Assembly (NCBI GenBank): GCA_963784755.1
Contig: CAWASS010000003.1
Location: forward strand, 395,591-459,590
DNA: 64,000 nt
DNA from: an uncultured Alphaproteobacteria bacterium
GTDB lineage: Bacteria; Pseudomonadota; Alphaproteobacteria; Rhizobiales; Xanthobacteraceae
Reading direction: 5' to 3'
Numbering within the stretch: the first letter of the stretch is position 1; every line of letters starts with the position of its first letter. Positions 19,499 through 29,083 of the stretch are shown here, piece after piece. The position numbers and the translations under genes were made by a program. The notes below the pieces were generated by a model. The model was given only the letters and a program-made list of their open reading frames with translations, did no database searches and was not told the DNA's origin.

Positions 19499-21679
19499 AT
19501 GCCCGATCTCCTGCTCGAACTGTTTTCCGAGGAAATCCCGGCGCGGATGCAGGCGAAGGCGGCCGACGATCTGCGCCGCATGGTGACCGACAAGCTCGTC
19601 GCCGAGGGCCTCGTCTATGAAGGCGCCAAAGCCTTCGCGACGCCGCGGCGGCTGACGCTGACGGTGCACGGCATCCCCGCGCGGCAGTCCGATCTGAAGG
19701 AAGAGCGCAAGGGCCCGCGCGTCGGCGGGCCGGACGCCGCGATCGCGGGCTTTCTGAAAGCCACCGGCCTTGCTTCGCTGGAGGAGGCAAAGATCCAGCG
19801 CGATCCGAAGAAGGGCGACTTCTACATCGCGCTGATCGAAAAACCCGGCCGCGCCACGCTGGATGTGCTGGCCGACTTCCTGCCGGTGATCGTGCGCACG
19901 TTTCCGTGGCCGAAGTCGATGCGCTGGGGCGAACGCTCCGCAAAACCCGGTGCGCTGAACTGGGTGCGGCCGCTGCATTCCATCGTCGCCACCTTCGGCA
20001 TGGAGACCGAGGAGCCGGAGGTGGTGAAATTCGCCATTGACGGTATCGAGGCCGGCCAGACCACCTATGGCCACCGCTTCATGGCGCCGGCCGCGATTTC
20101 CGTGCGCCGCTTCGAGGATTACGAAACAAAGCTCGCTGCGGCGAAGGTCGTGCTCGATCCGGCGCGGCGGAAAGACACCATCCTGGCCGACGCGAAGCAG
20201 CTTGCGTTCGCGCAAGGGTTTGAACTGGTCGAGGACCAGGTGCTGCTCGACGAGGTCGCGGGCCTGGTCGAATGGCCGGTGGTGCTGATGGGGTCGTTCG
20301 AAAGGGAATTTTTATCGATTCCCGCGGAAGTGATCCGCGCCACCATCCGCAATAACCTGAAGTGCTTTGTCGTCAGCGACCCCAAGGCCGGGGCGCTCAC
20401 CAACAAGTTCGTCCTCACCGCCAACATCGAAGGCTCGGACGGCGGCAAAACCATCGTCGCCGGCAACGAGCGCGTGATCCGCGCGCGGTTGAGCGATGCT
20501 AAGTTTTTCTACGAGACCGATCTGAAGACCAAGCTGGAGGAGCGACTGCCGAAATTCGAGAAGATCGTGTTTCACGAGAAGCTTGGCACCCAGGGCGAGC
20601 GCATCGCGCGGATCGAGCGGCTGGCGGGAAAGATCGCGCCGATCTTGTGGAACCAGCGCGAGACGTTCTTTGCTGGCAAGTTCTTGAACGCAGATGGTTT
20701 TGGGGACGAGCAGGAATATACCCGCAACGTCTGCCGCGCGGCGAAGCTGGCAAAGGCCGATTTGCTGACCGAAGTGGTCGGCGAATTCCCCGAGCTGCAG
20801 GGCCTGATGGGCAAATACTACGCGCTGGCGCAAGGTGAACACGCCTCCGTCGCCGCGGCGAGCGAGGAACACTACAAGCCGCTTGGTCCGGCCGATCGGG
20901 TGCCGACCGATCCGGTTTCGGTCGCGGTGGCGCTGGCGGACAAGATCGACACGCTGGCCGGCTTCTGGGCGATCGACGAAAAGCCGACGGGGAGCAAGGA
21001 CCCGTTTGCGCTGCGCAGGGCGGCGCTCGGCATCATTCGCATCCTGCTCGACAATGCGCTGCGGGTCGGAATGGTCGCGATGATCGAAACCGGCATGGAT
21101 GTGCTGCGCGCCACCAGCAAGCGGCACACGCTGCCGGGCGATCATCTCGTCTCCGGCGATTTGCTCGCTTTCTTCGCCGACCGCCTGAAGGGCCAACTCC
21201 GCGAGCAGGGCGCGCGCCACGATCTGGTCGACGCGGTGTTTGCGCTGGAAGGCCAGGACGACCTCCTGATGGTGGTCCGCCGGATCGAGGCGCTTGGCAA
21301 ATTCCTCGACACCGACGACGGCAAGAACCTGCTGGCGGGCACCAAGCGCGCGGCGAATATTTTGCGGATCGAGGAGAAGAAGGACGGCAAGGCGTATGAC
21401 GGCGCGCCGGATGCCGCGCTGTATTCTCTCGATGAAGAAAAAGCGCTCGCGAAAGCGATCGATCAGGGGAAGGTTGAGGCCAGCGCCGCTGTCGCGCAGG
21501 AGGATTTTGCTGCCGCGATGAGCGCGATGGCGAAGTTGCGGCCGGCGGTGGATGCTTTCTTCGACAAGGTCAAGGTCAACGACGACGATCCGAAGGTGCG
21601 CGAAAATCGCCTGAAGCTGCTCAACGAAATCCGCGCCGCCACCCGCGCGGTGGCGGATTTTTCGAAGATACAGGATTGA
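19499..21679 (+). CDS. glyS: Glycine--tRNA ligase beta subunit
   Basis: [46 protein letters not shown]. Confidence 0.96.
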   Translation: MPDLLLELFSEEIPARMQAKAADDLRRMVTDKLVAEGLVYEGAKAFATPRRLTLTVHGIPARQSDLKEERKGPRVGGPDAAIAGFLKATGLASLEEAKIQRDPKKGDFYIALIEKPGRATLDVLADFLPVIVRTFPWPKSMRWGERSAKPGALNWVRPLHSIVATFGMETEEPEVVKFAIDGIEAGQTTYGHRFMAPAAISVRRFEDYETKLAAAKVVLDPARRKDTILADAKQLAFAQGFELVEDQVLLDEVAGLVEWPVVLMGSFEREFLSIPAEVIRATIRNNLKCFVVSDPKAGALTNKFVLTANIEGSDGGKTIVAGNERVIRARLSDAKFFYETDLKTKLEERLPKFEKIVFHEKLGTQGERIARIERLAGKIAPILWNQRETFFAGKFLNADGFGDEQEYTRNVCRAAKLAKADLLTEVVGEFPELQGLMGKYYALAQGEHASVAAASEEHYKPLGPADRVPTDPVSVAVALADKIDTLAGFWAIDEKPTGSKDPFALRRAALGIIRILLDNALRVGMVAMIETGMDVLRATSKRHTLPGDHLVSGDLLAFFADRLKGQLREQGARHDLVDAVFALEGQDDLLMVVRRIEALGKFLDTDDGKNLLAGTKRAANILRIEEKKDGKAYDGAPDAALYSLDEEKALAKAIDQGKVEASAAVAQEDFAAAMSAMAKLRPAVDAFFDKVKVNDDDPKVRENRLKLLNEIRAATRAVADFSKIQD

Positions 21680-21706
21680 TCAATATCCGGAGCGTTGCTG
21701 CGCTTC

Positions 21707-21728
21707 CTCGCCCCGCTTGCGGGGCGAG
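21707..21728. repeat. Solo hairpin related to the DUF559 flanking repeat; possible glyS terminator
   Basis: ctcgccccgc-tt-gcggggcgag perfect 10-bp stem; shares the ttgcgggg core with 19019-19026. Confidence 0.55.
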
Positions 21729-21827
21729 CTGAAGCAAACAAAAGCCCCGCCCGGTGGAGATTTCCGGAGCGGGGCCTTGTCGCCCAGTCGCGATTGCGGC
21801 GCGCCTGAGCGCGGATCGTTCAGGCGT

Positions 21828-22187
21828 TTACTCGATCACCTGAACGATGCGACGCGTGCGCGGTTCGACCAGCACGGTCTGGCCGTTCACCACGGTGTAG
21901 CGATACGGCGTGGCGCCATAGGTCTGCGGCACGTCGTAATAGGTGATGCCGGCTTCCGGCAGCACGCCGCCGACGATCACCCGATCCGGGATGGTGTAGG
22001 TCGGCACGCGCTCGCGGACGACATAGTCGCGGAACGCCGGCCGATGCTCCACGGCAATGCCGTCGCCGTTGTCGACGATCACGCTGCCGCCGCGGACCAC
22101 GCCCACCGTGTCGCTCTGCGCCTGCGCCGCGATCGGCGCGCCGATGACGCCCGCAATCGCGGCAATGGCAAGAATCCTGTTCCGCAT
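21828..22187 (-). CDS. DUF1236-like secreted protein
   Basis: Signal peptide ending AQA; VG.VLP, YRYTVVN...VLVEPRTRRIVQVI. Confidence 0.75.
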   Translation of the reverse strand: MRNRILAIAAIAGVIGAPIAAQAQSDTVGVVRGGSVIVDNGDGIAVEHRPAFRDYVVRERVPTYTIPDRVIVGGVLPEAGITYYDVPQTYGATPYRYTVVNGQTVLVEPRTRRIVQVIE

Positions 22188-22423
22188 GATGCTCCTCCTT
22201 CGATGGAACGCACCGGCACTGAACCGGCGCGCAATCCCTCACAATTCACGCGATGGCGCATCGTTCCCCCGGAATTTGCGATGCAATGCTGCAATTTTCG
22301 GCAGTTCCGCGCCGCGCGCTGGAACCCGTTGAAGCCAAAAGCGTCTGCTATCGTGGAACCGCCGCAGCGGATAAAATCCCGCGCCGATTCGATTGTTTCC
22401 CGGCATCACCAGGAGAAATTTCC

Positions 22424-22579
22424 ATGACCATCACCGCAGCCCATATTCCGGCCATCGTGGCCTTGATCGCGGGTATCCTGATTTTGATCATGCCGCGGCT
22501 GCTGAATCTGGTGGTCGCGATCTATCTGATCTGTGTCGGCCTGATCGGGCTCGGCGTGCTCAAGATGTTTCACATGTAG
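22424..22579 (+). CDS. DUF3096-like small membrane protein
   Basis: AGGAG RBS; 51 aa hydrophobic, ALIAGILILIMPRLLNLVVAIYLI. Confidence 0.75.
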   Translation: MTITAAHIPAIVALIAGILILIMPRLLNLVVAIYLICVGLIGLGVLKMFHM

Positions 22580-22670
22580 CGGTGGAATCGGGTTCCGCAG
22601 CTTGCGTGGAACCGGCAAAACGTGGTGTAAGGCCGCCAACCCCGTTCCTCTCGCGGATGATCTGTAAGCC

Positions 22671-25509
22671 ATGGCAAAAGTTGCTTCCAAGCCCAAGAAA
22701 ACCGCAGCGAAATCAAAGCCATCTGTATCGGCGCGCGCCAAAGCCGCAGCGTCGGGCGGCGCGCGCAAGGCGCTGAACAAAGCTGCCGTCAAGCCGGCGG
22801 CGAGCAAACCCGCCGCAGACACTGCGAAATCCGGTAAATGGGTCTACACCTTCGGCGACGGCAAGGCCGAGGGGAAGGCGAGCATGCGCGATCTGCTCGG
22901 CGGCAAGGGCGCCAACCTCGCCGAGATGGCCAATCTCGGCCTGCCGGTGCCGCCCGGTTTTACGATTCCGACCTCGGTCTGCACCTATTTCTACGCGCAC
23001 GACAAATCCTACCCGAAGGAATTGAAGGCGCAGGTCGAAAAGGCGCTGGATCAAGTCGGCAGGATCGCCGGTAAGGGCTTTGGCGATTCCGAAGAATCCG
23101 CTGCTGGTGTCGGTGCGCTCCGGCGGCCGCGCCTCGATGCCGGGCATGATGGACACCGTGCTCAATCTCGGCCTCAACGACGCCGCGGTCGAGGCGCTGG
23201 CCGCGATGTCGGGCGACCGCCGCTTCGCCTATGACAGCTACCGCCGCTTCATCACCATGTATTCGGATGTGGTGCTCGGCTTCGAGCATCATCATTTCGA
23301 GGACATCCTCGACACCTTCAAGGACAGCCAGGGCTATACGCTCGACACCGACCTCACCGGCGACGACTGGGTCGACCTGGTCGGGCGTTACAAGGAGGCG
23401 GTGGCGCGCGAAACCGGCAAGGATTTTCCGCAAAGTCCACATGAGCAATTGTGGGGCGCGATTGGAGCTGTGTTTTCATCCTGGATGAATGCGCGCGCGG
23501 TGACCTATCGCCGGCTGCACGACATTCCGGAATCCTGGGGCACCGCGGTCAATGTGCAGGCGATGGTGTTCGGCAATATGGGCGAGACCTCGGCCACCGG
23601 CGTCGCCTTCACCCGCAATCCCTCCACCGGCGAGAGCAGGCTCTACGGCGAATTCCTGATCAATGCGCAGGGCGAGGACGTGGTGGCGGGGATCCGCACG
23701 CCGCAGGACATCACCGAAGCCGCGCGCAAGGATTCCGGTTCCGACAAGCCGTCGATGGAAACCGCGATGCCGGACGCCTTCAAGGAGTTGACGCGCATCT
23801 ACACGCAGCTGGAAAAGCACTACCGCGACATGCAGGACATGGAGTTCACCGTCGAGGACGGCAAGCTCTGGATGCTGCAGACCCGCGGCGGCAAGCGCAC
23901 CGCCAAGGCCGCGCTGCGCATCGCGGTCGAACTCGCCAACGAAGGCGTGATCTCGAGGAAGGATGCGGTATCGCGGATCGATCCGGCCTCGCTGGACCAA
24001 TTGCTGCATCCGACCATCGATCCCGGCGCCAAGCGCGACGTCATCGCCACCGGGCTGCCGGCTTCGCCGGGCGCCGCCTCCGGCGAAATCGTCTTCTCTT
24101 CCGATGAAGCCACCAAACTGCAGGCCGATGGGCGTAAAGTCATTCTGGTGCGGATCGAGACCAGCCCCGAAGACATCCACGGCATGCATGCCGCCGAAGG
24201 CATCCTGACTACGCGCGGCGGCATGACCTCGCATGCGGCGGTGGTGGCGCGCGGCATGGGCAAGCCCTGCGTCTCCGGCTGCGGCACCATCCGCGTCGAT
24301 TACGGCCGCGGCACCATGAGCATCGGCAAGCGCACCTTCAAGACCGGCGATATCATCACCATCGATGGATCGCTCGGGCAGGTGCTGGCGGGCCGGATGC
24401 CGATGATCGAACCGGAACTGTCGGGCGAATTCAATACGCTGATGAACTGGGCCGATCAGGTCCGCAAGCTCGGCGTGCGCGTCAACGCGGATACGCCGGA
24501 TGACGCGCGCACCGCGATAAAATTTGGCGGCGAGGGCATCGGGCTGTGCCGCACCGAGCACATGTTCTTCGAGGAAACCCGCATCCGCACCGTGCGCGAG
24601 ATGATTCTGGCCGAGGACGAACAGGCGCGCCGCGCAGCACTGTCGAAGCTGCTGCCGATGCAGCGCGCGGATTTCGTCGAACTGTTCGAGATCATGAAGG
24701 GGCTGCCGGTCACCATTCGGCTGCTCGATCCGCCGCTGCATGAGTTCCTGCCGCATACGCAAGCCGAGATCGAGGAAGTTGCGCGTGCGATGAACACCGA
24801 TCCGCGGCGTCTGGCCGACCGCGCCCGCGAGCTCGCCGAGTTCAACCCGATGCTCGGCTTCCGCGGCTGCCGGCTTGCGATTGCCTATCCGGAGATCGCG
24901 GAGATGCAGTCGCGCGCGATTTTCGAGGCCGCGGTCGAAGCGGGCAAACGTACCGGCAAGGCCGTCGGCCTCGAGGTGATGGTGCCGCTGATCGCGACCA
25001 GGATGGAGTTCGACCTGGTCAAGGCGCGCATCGACGCCACCGCGCAGTCGGTGATGAAGGAGACCGGCGCCAAGCTGAACTATCAGGTCGGCACCATGAT
25101 CGAGTTGCCGCGCGCGTGCCTGATGGCGGGCGACATCGCCGAGACCGCGGAGTTCTTCTCGTTCGGCACCAACGACCTGACCCAGACCACCTACGGCATC
25201 AGCCGCGACGACGCCGCCGGATTCCTCGGCACCTACATCGCCAAGGGAATCCTGGAGATCGATCCGTTCATCTCGGTCGATCGCGACGGTGTCGGCGAAC
25301 TGGTCAGAATTGGCGTCGAGCGCGGGCGCAAGACGAGGGCAGACCTCAAGGTCGGCATCTGCGGCGAACATGGCGGCGATCCCGCCTCGGTGACGTTCTG
25401 TCACGAGATCGGGCTCGATTACGTCTCCTGCTCGCCCTATCGCGTGCCGATCGCCCGGCTCGCCGCTGCGCAAGCCGCACTCGGCAAGACCGCGGCGGGG
25501 CAGGCGTAA
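22671..25509 (+). CDS. ppdK: Pyruvate, phosphate dikinase; apparent +1 base at 23091
   Basis: [48 protein letters not shown]. Removing G23091 gives GDSKNPLL and fuses the two ORFs. Confidence 0.93.
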
Positions 25510-25635
25510 CGTCATTCCGGGGCGTCGTGCCGACGAATTGAAACCCGTAGCGCGGGTTAGCGACAGCGTAACCCGCCATTTCCGGCGGCACGGCGAGCCG
25601 GCGCGGCGGATTACGCTGTCGCTAATCGTACCTAC
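25510..25635. repeat. Chimeric REP: truncated family B left arm followed by a family A-like unit (25547-25635)
   Basis: cgtcattccggggcg... then gtagcgcgggttagcgacagcgtaacccgcc...ggcggattacgctgtcgctaatcgtacctac. Confidence 0.7.
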
Positions 25636-25691
25636 AGACCGCAGCTTCAACCTTGTAGGAATGTATTCACGATCTGTTGATCGCGGGGCGT

Positions 25692-25719
25692 TTGACATAG
25701 TTCCGGACTGGTGTATATT
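25692..25719 (+). promoter_or_regulatory. Sigma70-type promoter
   Basis: TTGACA (25692-25697), 16-nt spacer, TATATT (25714-25719); no downstream protein gene on this strand. Confidence 0.6.
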
Positions 25720-25726
25720 CCTAGGC

Positions 25727-26100
25727 ATCTCATCCCAAGCTAAGGGAGCGTTACTTAAGGACGCTTTGCAACGTGGGGGTGGGAGCGGCGCCCGCGGGCA
25801 GGAGCAAACGTAGCTCCGCGCACACGGGAGGCCTTGGGTTTCCGTCCGGCCCGCAAGGGCCCGCCACTGAAGTTGGCTGGACGGGGACAGGCGAGCGGCG
25901 CGAAATCGCCGTGCTCAGGCTTCGGCCGCCAAGTCCCCGGAAGCGCGGACCGAGGCTAAAAGATCGCCGCGGTGGAACGTCGGAAGGCGTTTCCGTGGCC
26001 TCTGATTCTCGGCGATCCGGGAATCAAGCTGCGGCTCTGCTACCAAGGTGCGCCTTTCGGCGTTCCGCCTCCCTCTTATTCTCTTCGAGGGAGGTTCTCT
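25727..26100 (+). ncRNA. Putative large structured non-coding RNA, family not recognised
   Basis: Stacked stems with GCAA, GAAA and cUUCGg loops; 18-bp helix closed by G-U wobbles only on the + strand; terminal hairpin 26068-26094. Confidence 0.55.
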
Positions 26101-26178
26101 GAAACCTCCACTCACGCGAAGGCATTTGCGGGCGGCGATGACGCTTGGGCGGAAGAAGCAGCAGACGAAATTCTCCAC

Positions 26179-26304
26179 GTCGTCCCGCGCAGGCGGGGAC
26201 CCATAGCCTCCGTCTCAGTGATGCAGAAGGTATCAGCCGTGCGGAAACAACATGCCAAATAATGACCGCCGGTGGTTATGGGTCCCGGCGTTCGCCGGGA
26301 CGAC
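26179..26304. repeat. REP-like palindrome family D (GTCGTCCC...GGGACCCATA / TATGGGTCCC...GGGACGAC)
   Basis: Inverted arms at 26179-26204 and 26277-26304; related half copy at 53567-53595. Confidence 0.75.
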
Positions 26305-26350
26305 AGTGGAGTCCGCGGGAACGAGGGCGGTGCTGCATTTCGTCCAACAA

Positions 26351-26376
26351 GAAAGCCGGCGTTGCCGCCGGCTTTC
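26351..26376 (-). terminator. Intrinsic terminator of rpoH
   Basis: 11-bp stem gaaagccggcg/cgccggctttc followed by a U-rich tail on the minus strand. Confidence 0.7.
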
Positions 26377-26401
26377 GTTTCGTTATCTCAAACCGCGTCG
26401 A

Positions 26402-27301
26402 TTAATGCGCGGCTTCCATCGTGGCTTCCTCCTGCCGTGCGATGGTGTGCTTGACCGCCGACTGCACCTTCTCGAAGGCGCGGACCTCGATCTGCCGCAC
26501 GCGTTCGCGCGACACGCCGAATTCGGATGCGAGATCTTCCAGCGTCATCGGATCCTCGGCCAGACGCCGCGCCTCGAAGATGCGGCGCTCGCGCGGATTG
26601 AGCACGCCGATCGCGCCGTTCAGCGCCTGGCGGCGATGATCGAACTCCTCGTGCTCGGCCATGACGGCTTCCTGGGTGGGCGAGTGATCGACCAGCCAGT
26701 CCTGCCATTCGCCGGCTTCGCCGTCGTCGCGGATCGGCGCGTTGAGCGACGCATCGCCGCCGAGACGGCGGTTCATGTCGACAACGTCCTGTTCGGTGAC
26801 GCCGAGCCGCTTGGCAATCAGCTTCACCTGGTCGGGGTGCATGTCACCCTCGTCCAGCGCCGAGATCTTGCTCTTGGCCTTGCGCAGGTTGAAGAACAGC
26901 TTCTTCTGGTTCGCGGTGGTGCCCATCTTCACGAGCGACCACGAACGCAGGATGTACTCTTGAATCGACGCCTTGATCCACCACATGGCGTAGGTGGCGA
27001 GTCGAAATCCCTTGTCGGGCTCGAACCGCTTCACCGCCTGCATCAGGCCGACATTGCCTTCCGAGACGACCTCGGAGATCGGCAAGCCGTAGCCGCGATA
27101 GCCCATGGCGATCTTGGCCACGAGCCGGAGATGGCTGGTGACAAGGTGATGCGCCGCGTCCCGATCGTCATGTTCGCGCCAGCGCTTGGCGAACATGTAT
27201 TCTTCCTGCGGTTCCAGCATCGGGAACTTGCGGATTTCGGCGAGGTAACGGGAGAGACCGGATTCTCCATTGAGAACCGGCAAGGTAGCTGTACGGGCCA
27301 T
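26402..27301 (-). CDS. rpoH: RNA polymerase sigma-32 factor
   Basis: HLVTSHLRLV, RpoH box KMGTTANQKKLFFNLRK, GVSRERVRQIE. Confidence 0.96.
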   Translation of the reverse strand: MARTATLPVLNGESGLSRYLAEIRKFPMLEPQEEYMFAKRWREHDDRDAAHHLVTSHLRLVAKIAMGYRGYGLPISEVVSEGNVGLMQAVKRFEPDKGFRLATYAMWWIKASIQEYILRSWSLVKMGTTANQKKLFFNLRKAKSKISALDEGDMHPDQVKLIAKRLGVTEQDVVDMNRRLGGDASLNAPIRDDGEAGEWQDWLVDHSPTQEAVMAEHEEFDHRRQALNGAIGVLNPRERRIFEARRLAEDPMTLEDLASEFGVSRERVRQIEVRAFEKVQSAVKHTIARQEEATMEAAH

Positions 27302-27517
27302 TTTAGCGCCCTCCAGTGGTTCAGGTCCCCGATAGCGGCGGACCCGGCAGGCGACCGCTGTGTTAAAGCCGGCAGCACTGCGATGTTCCGCGTTGGATAT
27401 TCAACGCAGGTGCAGCATACACTAAACGGGTGGCTCGGTGGAAGGAGTTCCGCCGTCACGTCATCGTGTGGCTGGTATAACCTCTTGGCATGGCATCGCT
27501 TTTCCGAGAGGCCTGCG

Positions 27518-28534
27518 TCATTCCGCCGCCCGCAGCGCGCTCTGCAGAAGAAGCAAATCCTCCGGCAGCGGCGCTTCCCAGCCGAGAATTTCCCCGGTCC
27601 TGGGGTGCTCGATGGTAAGCAAGTAAGCGTGGAGCGCCTGCCGTCCCAAGGCGGTCAAGGCCGCCTGGCCTTGCGGCCCCAGCGAATTGGCCTTGGTCTT
27701 GAAATGCGGACCATAGACACCGTCGCCCAGCAGGGGATGTCCGATATGGGCCAGATGCACCCGGATCTGATGGGTGCGGCCGGTCTCGAGCTGGCAGGTG
27801 AGCAAGGCGGCGATCGGTTTGCCCGCGAGGCCGCTAAAACTCTCCGTCACCTCCCAATGGGTGATCGCCTGCCGGCCTCCCTCGCGCACCGCCATCTTTT
27901 CCCGCGCATGCGGATGGCGGTCGATCGGCGCATCGACGGTGCCACGCTGCCGGTTCGGCACCCCCCACGCAAACGCCAGATAGCCGCGCCGCATCGCGCC
28001 GGTGCGGCCGTGATCGGCGAATTGCGCGGTCAGCGATTGGTGGGCGCGGTCGTTCTTCGCCGCCACCATCAGCCCGGTGGTATCCTTGTCGAGCCGGTGC
28101 ACGATGCCCGGCCGCTTGACCCCGCCGATGCCGGACAGGCTACTCCCGCAGTGGGCGATCAACGCATTGACCAGCGTGCCGGTCTCGTGCCCGGCGGCGG
28201 GATGCACGACGAGGCCTCTGGGCTTGTTGATGACGATGATGTCGTCGTCCTCATAAACGATATCGAGCGCGATCGCTTCGCCTTCGGGCTCGGCGGCAAC
28301 CGCCTCCGGCACGTCGATTGTGATCGTATCGCCTTTTGCGACGTGATAAGCGGGGTCCCGGATGGGGGCGCCGCCGATCGAGACTTGTCCGGCAAGGATC
28401 AGCGCCTTCAGCCGCGACCGCGACAGGTTTGGACTGCGCTCCGCGAGCACGCGGTCGAGCCGGCTAAAACCCTCGTCGCCTTCGACGATGACCTCAAGCC
28501 TCTGACCGCTGTTCGAAGACGCGCCGTGTTGCAA
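27518..28534 (-). CDS. rluD: RluA-family 23S rRNA pseudouridine synthase with S4 domain
   Basis: NKPRGLVVHP, GIVHRLDKDTTG, TGRTHQIRVH, RQALHA. Confidence 0.9.
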   Translation of the reverse strand: MQHGASSNSGQRLEVIVEGDEGFSRLDRVLAERSPNLSRSRLKALILAGQVSIGGAPIRDPAYHVAKGDTITIDVPEAVAAEPEGEAIALDIVYEDDDIIVINKPRGLVVHPAAGHETGTLVNALIAHCGSSLSGIGGVKRPGIVHRLDKDTTGLMVAAKNDRAHQSLTAQFADHGRTGAMRRGYLAFAWGVPNRQRGTVDAPIDRHPHAREKMAVREGGRQAITHWEVTESFSGLAGKPIAALLTCQLETGRTHQIRVHLAHIGHPLLGDGVYGPHFKTKANSLGPQGQAALTALGRQALHAYLLTIEHPRTGEILGWEAPLPEDLLLLQSALRAAE

Positions 28535-28545
28535 AGAAGAGCCCT

Positions 28546-28878
28546 ATGACCGAAACCGTTGCGCCCGAACCGACCCCCGAGCAGGCCGCACTGTTCGCGC
28601 GGGTGCGGCGGATGATGCTGATCGCGGGCCTGACCTCCGCGCTGGCGGTGGCCGCCGTGCTGATCGCCGTCGGCTACCGCCTTTTCCGCACCGGGGAAAG
28701 TACCGTGGCCACCGATACCACGGCAACGCTGCCGAAAGGCGCCCGCATCGTCTCTACCGGGGTGGCGGGGGACCGCCTGGTGGTGACCCTGGATATAGGC
28801 GGCGTGATCGAAATCCGCACCTTCGACGCCAGGACGCTGAAACCGGCCGGCCGGCTGAAATTCGCCACTGAGCCTTGA
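28546..28878 (+). CDS. Small hypothetical single-TM protein
   Basis: 110-aa ORF divergent from rluD with one hydrophobic segment; typical codon usage. Confidence 0.65.
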   Translation: MTETVAPEPTPEQAALFARVRRMMLIAGLTSALAVAAVLIAVGYRLFRTGESTVATDTTATLPKGARIVSTGVAGDRLVVTLDIGGVIEIRTFDARTLKPAGRLKFATEP

Positions 28879-28889
28879 GCGATGAATTT

Positions 28890-28920
28890 CGTCATGGCCG
28901 GACTTGACCCGGGCATGACG
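28890..28920. repeat. REP-like family E short hairpin
   Basis: cgtcatggccggacttgacccgggcatgacg; related to 47326-47417. Confidence 0.6.
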
Positions 28921-28977
28921 ATCCTTTGCCGCCTGTCTTGCAGCCAGCGGATTTCGAGGCTATTCCCTAAAAACCAC

Positions 28978-29052
28978 GCTCCCTTCGTCTAGCGGTTAGG
29001 ACGCGGCCCTCTCAAGGCTGAAACAGGGGTTCGATTCCCCTAGGGAGCGCCA
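28978..29052 (+). tRNA. tRNA-Glu (CTC)
   Basis: Cloverleaf GCTCCCT.../AGGGAGC-G-CCA, anticodon loop CTCTCAA, T-loop GGTTCGATTCC. Confidence 0.95.
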
Positions 29053-29083
29053 GGCTTTCGCTTTTCACGAAGGATTCGATCGG

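Noticed and set aside
23085-23095. Programmed frameshift or phase variation in ppdK
   Set aside because: No slippery heptamer or homopolymer; fits the window-wide +1 error pattern
25727-26100. Group II intron, RNase P or tmRNA identity for the structured region
   Set aside because: No GTGCG 5' end with a domain V consensus, no GAGGAAAGTCC RNase P motif, and no tRNA-like ends or tag ORF recognised
25772-26262. Short ORFs 25773-26102, 25972-26262 and 25915-26178 as proteins
   Set aside because: No RBS or motifs and biased composition; the region is better explained by RNA structure and repeats
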